From contig NC_042998.1 in assembly GCF_006345805.1 (NCBI RefSeq), forward strand, positions 98,642,001-98,706,000: a stretch of DNA of 64,000 bases, written 5' to 3'. A program made the translations under genes and the position numbers. Below, one piece after another: positions 25,717-39,689 of the stretch (position 1 is its first letter; each line of letters starts with the position of its first letter). Source of the DNA: Octopus sinensis (Eukaryota). The notes beneath the pieces are model-generated. The model was not told the origin of the DNA. It did not search any database and was given only the letters and a program-made list of their open reading frames with translations.

Positions 25717-27167
25717 GTGTGTGTGTATACATATATGTATGTATGCATGTGGGTCTGTGTGAATGTTTACTAAACTATGCTATGTGTGTGGACAGTGATG
25801 TCACCTTCTGTGGTAGGGCCCACAATCAGTGAAGTTAGTTAAAGTTTACTGTTAACAAATCATCCACAAGCTCTGTTATTTCAAATTCATCTAGAATATA
25901 AAATCTTTTACATAAAAAACAACTAAGGATTGGTGCCAGGAAGTACATCTGGCTATATAAGTCCAACCTGAAATTTACTCCCCTCTAAACTAGACATTTA
26001 ATGAAACTAAAGAAAGAACGATAACACATACACAACAAACATATAATCAAAGGGTCTATTACTGAAATATTATATGAAACCAAGAGAATTGTTTCTTAAT
26101 TCACTTTAGAAAGTAATAAAGAGAAGAAAAATAATGATGTAAGATGTAGGGTTTACAGGGAGTTAACTCTGAAACAAGAAAGGGGCTATAGCTAGATCTT
26201 TCTGTTCCAAAAATATTTCAAGATGCTGACATCATAAGAACTTATAAACTTTCGAGAGAATGTGAAATAATTCTATTTGGAATTGGATCTTGAAGCAAAT
26301 ATAAAGCTATAAATTATAGCATGTAAATATTGGGTTGAAAAATCCTTTTGCATAGAAAAAGTCAAATGCTGCCCATGGGATTCAAACCCTCATCTACTAA
26401 TATTTACATGCTATTTATTTAAAGCTTTATCTGTGCTCCGAGATCCAGTTTCAAAGATAATTATTTCACATTTCCTTGAAAGTTTATAAATTATTACGAA
26501 ATCAAGAGCATACAATTCTCACTGGTAAGAACAAAGTTTCTAAAACAGATTGAGAAATTTGAAGGATTGCTTTGATTCAATGGTAGAACAGCTGCCATGT
26601 CTACAGGAGATATGGATTTGAGTCCCACAGGAAGCTTTCAACTTTTCCTGTCTAAAGGGGTTTTTAATCTAATATTCATACACTATCATTTATATCTTTA
26701 TATGTGCTTTGCAATCCAGTTCCAAAAAGAATTATTAAGCAAAATATTTCTTTGAGGCATAGAATTCTTAGCATGATATCAAAGTTTTCACTAAGCAGCT
26801 GTTAAAAATTATGGTTTATATTTCAATTATTAATATAATGCTTTGTGTTATTCATATTCAAGATATGAATAACACAAATCTTCTGATGGTATTTATTTTG
26901 CAATTTATTACCTTAAGATTCAATTGACATTATACTACTTCTACAAGTATTGAAGCATCATTATTATATTTATACTTATGGTGAACAGGTAAAAGCATTG
27001 ATAACATCTCAGCAAAACAAAGTCATCAACTTGGTTTCAATTCCAACTGAAAACCACTTCACTCACTTCGACTGCTTTATGCCCAAAGAGACAAGTCTTC
27101 AATTTTCTTTCTCTATTCATGGTATTTCTGACACTTCGTTACTTTATTGGAATACATCATTATTATG

Positions 27168-29045
27168 ATTAAGGCAAACTGGCAGAATCATTAGCACACT
27201 GGGCAAAATGCTTAGCGACATTTTGTCCGCCTTTGCCCTTTATCCTTTCGGGGTCAATAAAATAAGTATTATTTCAGCACTGGGTCAATGTAATCAACTT
27301 AGCCTCTCACCTGAAATTGATGGCCTTGTGCTAGAATTTGAAACCATTATTATTATTATTATTATTATTATAATTAAATGATGTTTAAAGTAGCAAGCTG
27401 GCAGAATTGTTACTGTGTTGGACAAAATGCTAAGTGGTATTTTGTCCATCTTTACATTCTGAGTTCAAATTCTGCCATGGTTGACTTTGCCTTCCATCTG
27501 TTTGGGATCGATAAATTAAGTACCAGCGAAACACTGGAGTCAATGTAATTGACTAGTCCCCGCCTCCAGAATTTCAGGCCTTGTGTCTTTAGCAGAAATA
27601 ATAATAATTATTATTATTATTATTATTATTAGATGCATGGTCTAGAGGTTAGGGTGTTAAACTCATGATCATGATATTGTGGTTTCAGTTCCTTGACTGG
27701 GTGGTATGTTGTGTTCTTGAGCAACGCACATCCCCTCACATTGCTCTGTGTACCTGATGCATAATGCACCATGTACCCATTAAGGCAACATTGATTTGGA
27801 TGGAGGGAGTGAGCTTAATGTATAGCACATGCATTTGATTACTATAAACAAATCATTTGTGCAAGTCGTTTAGTAGAAGCTGAATACTCACATTGTCGTC
27901 TTTGATGGGAGAGTCCATCATTATTATTATATAAGGCAGCAAATAGACAGACTCTTTAGAGTGTCAACAAAAATGCCTTGTGGTGTTTGTTCTGGATTTT
28001 TACATTCAGAGTTCAAATTTTGCTACAGTCAACTCTGTCTTCCAGTGTTTTGGGAACTAAATTACCTATCAAGTAGTGGGGAGTGTATGTAATCAACTCT
28101 CTTCAAAATTACTAGCCTGAGCCTTGTGCATAAATTAAAAAGCTGGCAAAGTTGTTAGCGCATTGGAAAAAATACTTTATGGTTTCTTCTGACTCATAAT
28201 GTTCTGAGTTCAAATTCCACCAAAGTTGATTTTGCCTTTCATCCTTTTAGGGTCAATAAAAAAAAAGTACCTGTTAAACCCTGAAATCAATGTAATCAAC
28301 TAGTTCCCTGCACAAAAATTTCAGGCCTTGTGCCAAAATTATTATTAAATTTATACCAGTGTGTTGGGAAGCAGATATGGTAGGCTATCAGACAAAATGA
28401 CCTGCAATATTTATTTACATTGTCATACATTCTGAGTTCAATTCCAATCAGAATTGACTTCTCTTTTCATCCCTGAGATTTAAAATATGCATAAGTCAAA
28501 CAAGGGGGAATCAATAAAATAAGTACCACCTATATAATGGGTTCAATAAAATAAGCACTGGTCAAATACTAGGTGCTTAAATCAGATTTTACTGCCCATA
28601 AAATTTATATTGTGGCTATAACAGAAGTCAGTGCTCTTATTATTATTAAAAGAACTTTGGATTAATAGAATTGTTAAAGCATCACATAAAATGCCTTATG
28701 GTATTTACTCTGACTCTTTACATTCTGAATTTGAATCCTACCAAGGTCAACAATGCCTTTCATCTTTCAAGAACCAATTAGATAAAATACAAGTCAAGTA
28801 CTGGGATCGATTTAATGAGCTAACACTTTTCTATCCCAATTTCTGGTTTTATGGTGAAATGGTAGAAACATTAGAGGTTTGGTAAAAAAAATATCATGTG
28901 ATATTGTTCTGGCTCTCTATGCTCTGAGTTTAAATCTTACTGAAGTCAACTTTTGTTCTACAAGAGTCCAGTGAAATAAAGTACCAAGTACAAGGTTGGT
29001 GGCTTTAACTAAACATCCTCTCCTCAAAATTATCTTGAGCCTTAA
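27168..29045 (+). mobile_element. Run of about 7 family A SINE copies (core GTCGACTTTGCCTTTCATCCTTTCGGGGTCGATAAA..AAGTACCAG) plus one other SINE at about 27640-27910
   Basis: The core recurs near 27230, 27480, 28030, 28225, 28455, 28745 and 28945. The similarity to the Meta-type SINE domain is from memory, so it is an inference. Confidence 0.75.
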
Positions 29046-29379
29046 ATTATTCAATTATTAAATGATATTATTTAACTCTAGAATCGAAGGTCTTCAAGCC
29101 ATGACAATCTCATATTTTTCCAAGGTGGGGCTCATCAGTATAGTTTTTTAAAAACATGCTATGGCAATTTTTTGAGGGTTATTTGGATGCTATTTTTAGC
29201 AGCTCAAATGACTACATAGCAACTCCCTTACTAGCTCTCATTAGATGCTACTTTAGTGGGTGAATGCTGCAGTATTGTTTCTTGATGCAAAGAATATCAC
29301 AATCTCACTTTCTATCTTGAACAGGACATTTCATAAGTTGCATTAGTTACTGAGAAAAGTATGAATGTCATAAATGCAC

Positions 29380-29725
29380 ATTATTTACATTATTTACAAT
29401 TGATGGATATTTGTCTTCATCTTGTTTGTTGTTAACACAATGTTTCAGCTGATATACCCTACAGCCTTCATTAGGTGTCTTGGGGAAATTTCGAACCTGG
29501 GTTCTCAATCCTAAGGTATTTTTCAATGTTATTGTTATTATTATTATTGTTATTATTCAGGTCACTGCCTGGAATTGAACTTGGAACCTTAGGGTCAGTA
29601 GCCTGCGCTCTTAACCACTACACATATGGCATAGTGGTTAAGAGTGCAGGCTACTAATCCAAAGATTCCGAGTTTGATTCCAGGCAGTGACCTGAGCAAT
29701 AATAATAATAATGATAATAATAATG

Positions 29726-29780
<55 letters not shown>

Positions 29781-29980
29781 TAATAATAATAATAATAACA
29801 ATAATAATAATAATAACAACAACAACAACAACAACATCGAAAAATATCTGAGGAATGAGAACCCAGGTTTGAAATTTCCCCAAGACACCTGATGAAGGTT
29901 GGAGGGTATATCAGCCGAAACATGTTAACAACAAACAAGATGAGGACAAATATCTGTCAATTGTAAATAATGTACATAAT
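29380..29980. mobile_element. Palindrome of two head-to-head tRNA-headed SINE-like units, each with an (AAT)n tract and a hammerhead-like tail
   Basis: Arms 29380-29620 and 29632-29980 are reverse complements apart from microsatellite length. A-box-like TAGTGGTTAAG and B-box-like GAGTTTGATTCC; CTGATGA...GAAAC at 29889-29921. Confidence 0.8.
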
Positions 29981-32900
29981 TCCTCGTCTCTTAAATATAG
30001 AACTGTCATAAATGCATCAAAATGTTCTGTTTCTCATTTTTGTTACTGTATCTTATGGATTTATATGATACTGAACATATAACAAAGAGGACTATTCCAA
30101 AAGTATAAAGTACTAAATTCATGTCAGATTTAGTATATCTGTACACAAAACACCTCCAGACTTTAGGGCTGTCTTAGCAACATTATAGGTTCCCAAAAAA
30201 CTGAATACATTGGGCCCTGGTAATTGACAGTAATTTATAGCATACATAGATTAAAATTGATTCCTCGAACACTTGAAGCTTCTGGACAACTGCCCAGCGT
30301 GCCCATGCCTTCAGATGGCACTGTCAAGCATGCCTGGTGAGCAGGGTGACTAGAAACCTAGAACAAAAAAATACCTTGTCAAAAGCACAGATGAACCTAA
30401 TGTAGAATCAATGACTAGATAACACCAAGGTAAGGGACTTAGAATTCTGAGTTAGTGTCTGGCATCTTGTAAGACCACTGGGAGTGAGCATTTTTAAAGT
30501 ATGTCTCTGGAGAACATGTGAGTAGTCTTGGAAGGCATCTAGATGTAGAAGGAACTTTGAGCATAAGCCTTACCTGCTTGTGAGTGTTTGCGAAGAGGCA
30601 AAAGGTAAGAGAGTTAAATTTGATAGTATATTGGAGAGGAAGAGAACTGGGGATCATCTAACCCTATTCATTCTGAAGAAAGAATGATGATGCAACAAAC
30701 AGACCCCAAACTCTGAGAGAACTGTCACTGACATGGCTACAGCATATGTCACAAGAAGTGGTGGTTGTATCTGATGTTTCCAACCCTCAGCCATGAGGAT
30801 TGGGATATTCATTCATGTAACTTCAAGATAATCAATTCTATTTGCTTCATATTTCCTGTTTGATGCACACTCACACATATAATATAGAGTGGTGATAAAC
30901 TGATAAAGTAAGACTAGTATAGGTATATCCCTTCACACACATATTTTTGATTCCTGATCACAATTAATATTCTGAAAAGAAATAGCTTCCACAAGGCTGA
31001 CTTGATAGCAACACACTAAAACCATTTATATTTACAAGATATTTTCATTCTCACTGCATACACAGATGCACAGTATAAACATAATAATTAAGAAATAGGA
31101 ATAGAAAATGATGCCATAATGGACAGAAGGAAATAAAAAAAAATAATGCATAGACTAAATAAAAACAGTATCCATATATAGAAAGCAAGCCGAAGTTGAT
31201 AAAAATAAGGAATAAAATTTTATCTTTAATACAATATATATCATTTTCAACAGATATCATTTAAAAGATTTATAATAGTAACTTCAATATATGTTTTAGC
31301 ATACTTTCAGGAAATTTATAAACTATCACAATATTTTTAGACACACACATTATGGTACGACTTATATGAGTGTAGACATATTTCAAACACAGAACAGTAT
31401 TGACAAAGATATAATCCATTTACAAAGCATATCATTTACATGACTATAAATTCTGTTTTCAACACATTAACACAAATAATTTCATTATTTCTTATCAGTT
31501 TCAACAGAAGAGGAACACTAAAAGAAAGACTAACAGTTATAAAACTAACTACAATGGATAAATTGATGTCTGAAATTGTGTCAAAAATGTTTTTATTGCT
31601 AAGATAACTTGAGCAACAAAAACACTTAGCATAAAAAAATTGACTAATTTGGTCATTTAAGCAACTGTTTCTTAATTCTTATTCATTATTTTCATATCTT
31701 TTCAGAAGGTTTATTTGTCAATGGTTTTCATGGCTTCACTTTGTAGAAATTCCCAGTTAAAAAAAAGACAAAGCCATTGTTAATCTTTATTAACTAATGA
31801 ATAAAATCTATCAAACAAGTGGATAATTTCCCGCTGCTAAAATGTCATATATTTATGTAGTTGTCTCGTAGCAAAGTCGTACCATTTCTATCATTTAGTT
31901 GAAATAAAAATATAGTTTGCTAATCAAAATAAAATTTCCTAATTTAGTTTTCTTATTTCAGTCTAGACAAATGGCAAGTCGTCTTTCCAACATCATTTAA
32001 TATACACCAGATTCTATAGAGCTTATATAGTTTTAAACTTTCCCTGAAAATGAAAACACCAATTTAATCTTATTATTTCAAATACAAATTAGTCTATATT
32101 AACTAATAATAACAACAACAACAATAATAATGATAAATTTCAATATAAGACTGTCGTACAAGAAAGTAAGACACAAAGTTATCAGACATTCCAGATAACA
32201 TTTAAATGAATACAATCTCAAAGCTTATTTATTCTAACTTTTCTTTTATTTAATATGTATTCAATGGAATTAGAGCATCACATTAGAAAAATTACTTCAA
32301 AACACTTAATTGAAGATTATCTGAAAAGTTAGCAGTGACACTTAAGCAAAATAATGAATGTGCAAGAGAAATTTCAATGTGGCTTATTTGGGGAATTCAT
32401 GAAAAAAAAAAAAAACAATGGTGAAGAAACCAAAACCAACAGTATGTTGGAAGCAAAACCTTTGATTTAATTTTTACTATTATAAATGGCAGACTATTTA
32501 CTTTATTAAACTCTCTCAGAAGGCTTTGTTTATTAATTTCTCAAAGTATAAATTTTTGTCAATAATCATCCTATCAAAACCTAAAATAACTGCTCCATAT
32601 TTGTATTAAAATTTTACTATCATTTCAGTGTTTTATCAGATAATTAATGTGTTTTTAAGCACATCAAATTCAATAATATTTAACTCCAAACAATACTCTG
32701 CATTCTTCAGAAATTTCTACATGCAACATATAAAATATTTGTTTGGGATATCATTCGTTTGTGCAGAGCTATATATCAAACTCAAAGAAAGAGAATGGTG
32801 TATAACTAAGACAGCATGTACAGCTAAGGCAGTATGTATACTGAGTTGCTATTAATTCTCTTGCAATAACATTAAAATATTTCTTAGTATCTGAATATAA

Positions 32901-34346
32901 CTAAATTCTGAAAAGTTTGAATGCTTACAGAACTTTAATTATGTATATCCACATGTGTGTGTGTGTGTGTGTGTATGTGTGCATGTATATATATGTATAC
33001 CAACACACATATATATACAGATATGCCTACATAATACAAAATGAAATATGTTGACACAGCTGATGCAGTGAAGCATGAAACAATCCTGCCAATTCTAGCA
33101 GTTTCAAAGGATGTTAACATATAATGCCTACCCACCACTCTATGATGGACACTAGATAGGTAATATAAATTGAAAGAAGGTTCACACCACCAACAAAACA
33201 TAAACTTTTTTAAACTGCCACAATCTAATAACTGGACAACTGCTTCATGTGTTGGACAGGTAGGGAGTGAAAATACAACAGGCACACCATGGATCCTCCT
33301 TGAGAAAATTCCAATCTGGGGATTTGTCTATGCATAGCTATGCATGACTTCAAAATACACACTTTAGCAAACTGCTCCACAAATAATGTTAACATATATA
33401 TAGTCCTACATGATGTACAACTTAACTTATAATAAATGTTGCAGGTTCTTAGACTAGTTACACCATTTTCAAATTGCACATCTGCATTTATACATATGCT
33501 TATGTCATTAAAAACATTTGGACAGATGTCATTAGAAGGATCTTACAATTATATCAAAACTAATATCAGAAATTTAATATTAAAGAAGCTAGCTATATAA
33601 TAAATTAAATTCGTTCATATAAAATGAACTGAACCATGTTGATTGGCTGACTTAACACTATCGGTTTGTGCATGTCACAGTTCTCCCTCACCAATGTCAA
33701 TGAATATGCAAGTAAACATACATATATCCCATATCACATTTCAAACTACTGGGTTTTACAGACTAGAATATCAATTATTGCTTAAATTATAATAAAATGT
33801 CAGAGAGAAAATCATCACAATAATTCAATGAATTTTATGGTCCTAAGGCTACTGTGTATTTCATATTGCATTTATGTTAATTTTGCACTGATTTACGTAA
33901 AACCTCAACAATAAAGCACAATAGTGAATACATGGGATAATTTTCTAACTACAAATAACCCGAATTTAATCACAACTTTCACGACACTTAACCAATGTTA
34001 AAAGTATAATAAAGGTATTTAAATAACATTGATTAAATATAAACAAAACTACAACTAGTTGGAAGCATTATGCTATAAGAGACAAGCTTTATCAAAAGTA
34101 TAATTCACAATGCATGCTACAATGTATAGAGCTAATACATTTATGTGATAAATATGTGTGTGTGTGTGTGCGTGTATAATTTTTTTTGGACTAATGGTTA
34201 TATGTAAATTAGTGTGTTGAGTAAAGTATATTCACAGTTTGGGCTACCTGGTGTCATCCACAGTTGGGATATATTTCCTCTGGATCTACTTCAGGAATTC
34301 TGCAGCGTTGGTTGAGATAATAATTGATGAAGGAAACAGAAAATAT

Positions 34347-34635
34347 ATTTAGCACTAGTCTTTATTCAGTATGATGATCATCTCGACCCATCCTGCAACT
34401 ATCTGTTATGGGTAGGATATTGTGCATCCAAATTTGTTACAACAATCTAGTTGGGACATCCACTAATATATCTAGTGTGTCTAGTGGGATGACCTATTCT
34501 TTAAGCATGCACCTGATGTGACACAAACTGCACAGATTGATACAACACAATTAGATGCACAATATCCTACCCATAACAGACAGTTTCAGGATGGGTTGAA
34601 ACAATTGTCATACTGAATAAAGACAAGTGCTAAAT
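34347..34635. repeat. Foldback element with 82-bp inverted arms and a 125-bp spacer
   Basis: Arms 34347-34428 and 34554-34635, 9 mismatches by hand alignment. Confidence 0.8.
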
Positions 34636-35438
34636 CTATCTTTCATTTTCTTCATCAATTATTATATATACATGCCAATCCCACTATTCGAACTGGCTCC
34701 TGTGCTGGTAGCACATGAAAAGCACCAGCTGAATGTGGCCGATGCCAGTGCTGCCTGACTGGCTCCTGTGCCAGTGGCACGTAAAAAGCACCCACTACAC
34801 ACTTGGAGTGGTTGGCATAAGGAAGAGCATCCAGCTGTAGAAACATTGCTAGATCAGATGGGAACCTGGTGCAACCCATGCCAGCATGGAAAATGGATGT
34901 TAAACGATGATGATGATATATATAACTCTTTAACTTGTTTTAGCTTTAAAACTGTGGTCATGCTGGGACACCACCATTAGCTGTGCTACACCTTCATTAT
35001 TTGAAGCCTTCTTTGATATGAGGGATTTGGTGAATGAGAGAGTTTGATGCTGCTGCCCTCATCTGTGTTTCCTGCTATAAGTAATAGGTGTCCATTGTTC
35101 AACAATGATGATTCAGTCATTTAATCAGCTAAATTATCAGCTCCAGTATCAACGAATACTGACTGAGCATTCTGCAGATGTATTCTTCATGTATTTCTCT
35201 GGGTGAAGTGTAGAGTCAGTAAGACTGAGTGATAAGGCTGTACTTTATGAATTCTAGGTACAATCCACCTGAGAGGCTTCTCTGCAGCTTATGCCTTTCC
35301 AATTTCACTCATAAGTTATGGATCAACACAAAGCTATAGAAAATGACATTTGGCCAAGGTGTCACACAGTGGAATTGAACCCTAGACTTCTTTGATACAA
35401 AACAAAGATCTTAACCTTTTGGCCATGCTATGCCCAGA

Positions 35439-35473
<35 letters not shown>

Positions 35474-36369
35474 ATGTGCATGTGTGTGTGTATGTGTGTG
35501 TGTGTGTATACATATATATACATATATTTTTTTTTATGCATGTACACAGGAAGCACATTAACATTATTAATAATGATACTTGAGCATCCGAGTTGTGGAT
35601 TAACCCCAAGTTTACACCTTTATTGAACAAGCCAATGTTAAACCTGACAAATCTTATCATAATTTAGGACTACATTATTTAATGTATCCTTCTCATTTTT
35701 ACAACAGAACGGTATGATTTCAGGAATAATTTGGCTGCTATTCATATCAAAGTGAGTAACTCTTTTGATGAATATTTGAATAATGGTTCAGGCTTTTCTG
35801 AAAAATCTGATAATTTTATATCTTTTGTGACTGTAATCACTCCATTAGTCCTAAATGGAGGTAGAGTTATATCCCTTGTTATGTACTGTCAAGAAAGACC
35901 ATGTCTGCCTTTAATCAATATTATTAAAAATTGAAATTATTGATTGTAATTGAAGAGGTTGAAATTTAAAAAGAAAAAAGGAATTATTGAATTTCAAATC
36001 ATTAATTACCCTACACCAAAATGAAGGAAATCTGATATTCTGCAGGTAAGACATCAATATTTCTTTCATCAACTGTAGACAGTTTTTAAAAATTTTGCAC
36101 TTCTTCCTATATTTCAGAAGAAATATAGAAATATTGTTGATTAATATATTTTACAATACAGAGTTTTGATTTTCTTTCTTTATATATATATAATGTATTT
36201 GTTATAAGATAAGTCAGTACTGATTGATTGTGAGTATGTTTTTATTCACTTTTGCAGGAGGAAATCATTTTTTGAAGAGATGTTGAGATGTTAAGTTAAA
36301 TATAATCTAATTTGAAAAAAAAAATCCAAATTTCTTTAATAACAACAATCATTAAAAGTTTCATAATTT

Positions 36370-36510
36370 TATATATATGTGTGTGTGAGTGTGTGTGAGT
36401 GTGTGTGTGTATGTAAATATATGTGAGTGTGTGTGTGTATGTAAATATATGTGAGTGTTTGAAATATATGTATAAATATATGCATACATGTATGTGCGTA
36501 TGTGTGTGTG

Positions 36511-36542
<32 letters not shown>

Positions 36543-36576
36543 TGTGTATATATATGTACATATATATGAATATAAA

Positions 36577-36621
<45 letters not shown>

Positions 36622-36780
36622 ATATAAATAAATATATATGTATATATATGTGTGTGTGTGTATATATATATATATACACAAACACATACATATACACACA
36701 CATGTATATGTACCCCCACACATATACACATATACATACATCTATATTTATGTGTAATTGTGTACATACATGTATGCTTA
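36370..36780. repeat. Compound (TA)n/(TG)n/(CA)n low-complexity tract
   Basis: Directly visible; explains the Y/I/H/T-rich ORFs in the track. Confidence 0.95.
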
Positions 36781-37104
36781 TTTATTTAGTCATAGACTGA
36801 ATCAAAAAAGAATATTCGCATGAAGTTACAATAAGAAGTTCACAACAAGCCATAAACTAGCACCAGTGTACAACAAGCAAATGATATGAAATTCATTCTT
36901 TACACAACACTGAAAGGTGGGGAAAGGATAAATCAAGCAAATTATGCATTGGGATATATGCATAATTATGTGGTAAGAACTGTTACAGCTATATCCACAC
37001 ACACACACACACACACACATGTACACACATAAATGACAAACATGTCTGTCTGTTTCTCTCTTTCAAGCACTCTCATGTGTATGCATTTTTCTTTTTTTCT
37101 TCTT

Positions 37105-37500
37105 TTTTATTTGTTTCAGTCAGTTGACTGTAGCCATGCTGGAGCACCACCTTTAGTTGAACAAATCGACCCTAGAACTTATTCTTTGTAAGCCTAGTAC
37201 TTATTCTATCGGTCTCTTTGCCAGACCGCAAAGTTACAGGGATGTAAACACACTACCATCGGTCGTCAAGTGATGCTGGGGGGAAAAACACAGACAAATA
37301 CACACCTATATACATATATATACACATATATATATATGACAGGCTTCTTTCAGTTTCCGTCTACCAAATCCACTCACAAGGCTTTGGTTGGCCTGAGGCT
37401 ATAGTAGAAGACACTTGCCCAAGGTATCACACAGTGGGACTGAACCCGGAACCATGTAGTTGGTAAACAAGTCACTTACCACACAGCCATGCCTGCGCCT
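37105..37500 (-). mobile_element. Family B SINE
   Basis: Reverse complement of the 13629-14050 element. Confidence 0.8.
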
Positions 37501-38094
37501 CTGTGTATGCATAATACAAAAGGTATGTACAGATATGTCGTGTAAATAATGTACATAGGTACAGTTTGTGCAGAAAAGTTGTTGATGATTGAACACTTGT
37601 GTTTGCTTACCAAAGAAATCTGGAGCCAAGCAAATTCACACACTTAAGATTAATGAAATAGAACAGCTTAAGTGACCATTTGGCACACATCAAATTCCAT
37701 TGATAGTTTGAAAATATCTATAGTAAAACAATTTGTCTGGAAATATTTGACAGTAAACTTACTATCATTCTTTTATTCATTGAAATCTGTTTGGGCTCAG
37801 ATAGCTTCCTATTTAGCTTTATTCAATATTTGATTAATACAGACATATATATATATAGATCATCAGTAAAACATAAATCTGAAAATGAAAGTACACTTGA
37901 AGTTATAGCGCAGTATATTATGTAGATAAAGTTAGAGAGGCCATAAGCCAGCAGGTTTGGGATCTGACAATATGTTGTAAAGCTAAGTGCTTTATGGGCA
38001 TGAAACCCAAGGTAATCCCATAAACCAGCCTTATCTAACTTTATCTATCTATCAATCTATCTACCTATATATACATACATATATATACATATAC

Positions 38095-38137
<43 letters not shown>

Positions 38138-38269
38138 TATGTATACATATATAAGTATATATGTGTGTGTATGTATGTACAAACATACATGCACACACAT
38201 ATATCTACATATACACATATTTATTGGATTACTTAGGGGTTTTTAAAATGTTATTCTGAATATCTAACT

Positions 38270-39600
38270 TATCTGAGTCCTTGGCGTCTGAGTGGCAACA
38301 AAGAAAAAATATGGCCTTGAAATGATAATAGTTGGGTATCTCCATTGGTTGGATCAGGGCATTTAATGAAGTGGACAGACATTTGACAACAGATATTTAT
38401 ATTTGTTGGTCCATGTGGCAGAGCAGACAGCATAGTGTCCTCTGCTAGCCTACTGTGTTTAGAATTTATGTAGTTAGCAACTGTGGATGGAAATAGATGC
38501 TTACTGCCATTGTTATTGTTCCATGTGGTGAGCCATATCAGGTTAATTGTTGCTGTGTTATGTGTAACCCTATCAGTTGCTAGGTGTTAGTAAAAGTAGA
38601 CAATGTTAGATAGTAATAATGGTTGATTAAAAGAGAGTAATCTCACTATGAGCAAACAAGTATTGTCTGCCCTGCATTTACATATTAAGCATGCAATATT
38701 GGGTGTGATGTTATCTAGATATGAGTAGCTAACCTTAATGTTATGGGCATTAAAAAGTTTGTGGTACTAATGGATGCTTGGGAAAAGCTGTCTAATTATG
38801 GACAAGAAGCTTTTAGCTATATTTGTAGGGGTATCTAAATTGAATGAAGGATTGAATCACATTACATGTCTAATTCCAACTCTCTTTAGGGTTGGGGTTG
38901 AGGATCTTCCATATATACTAAATTCTCACTAACGCCACTCTTTACTAGTGTCTCCACATTGAAGATATCTACCTGTCAATATATTAGAGTTTCTTCAGCT
39001 GTTACTAGATCACTAATGATAGCTGGGGAAGGTTGAAATTCTTATGGATATATACATTTTCCTGATTAGGCCTTGTATAGGAGTAGTATTTGTCAGTATA
39101 TCCAAGAAACTTTAGTTAGGTAAGTAGTGACAGTTATATTCAGGCTGCACTCTATAAAGATATTTGGCCATTCATACTGTTTGAGATTACCAAGTTATTG
39201 TGTCTGTGCATCACTGAACGATTAGTATATGTTTTTTAGGGTATCTAGGATATCAGCCCTGTCATATTTCTCCATGGAAACGTTAATGACTCAATAGGAG
39301 TTATTGTGGAAAAGGAGTGACTTGTTGGCATTCAGGATTATTTTGATATCAAGGTTGCTGACTCTAATGAATTATCTCCAAAAACTAAGGCTTTTAGAAG
39401 GAGAGATTTCAAAATAGAAGAATAGAAGTCCACAATATCAAACTGGGTGAATTTGAAGGTTGCTTTATGCTTGATGCCACAGAACTAGTTGATGATTGCA
39501 ATGCTGCAGTCCCAAAAGACTAAGCCAGTTGTCTCCTTTCTGTCTATTTTTCTCATAGAATCAGCTGGGATTTAAGGCAAGTATTGAGGTTGTATTTGTG
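38270..39600 (-). mobile_element. Possible heavily decayed LINE ORF2 fragment
   Basis: Non-microsatellite block of moderate complexity with scattered endonuclease-like peptide traces; no long ORF. Confidence 0.3.
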
Positions 39601-39648
39601 ATATATAAACCATATCTGGCTGTCTGTCTGTCTATCTATCCACATGTG

Positions 39649-39689
<41 letters not shown>

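Noticed and set aside
29632-29695. tRNA-like sequence with A/B boxes (also about 26575-26635 and the SINE heads)
   Set aside because: No complete cloverleaf; these are SINE heads rather than tRNA genes.
29595-29938. Poly-Leu, poly-Ile, poly-Asn and poly-Tyr ORFs here and at 40788-41138
   Set aside because: They are translations of (AAT)n/(TTA)n microsatellites, not genes.
36296-36800. Multiple Y/I/H/T-rich ORFs
   Set aside because: Dinucleotide repeat artefacts.
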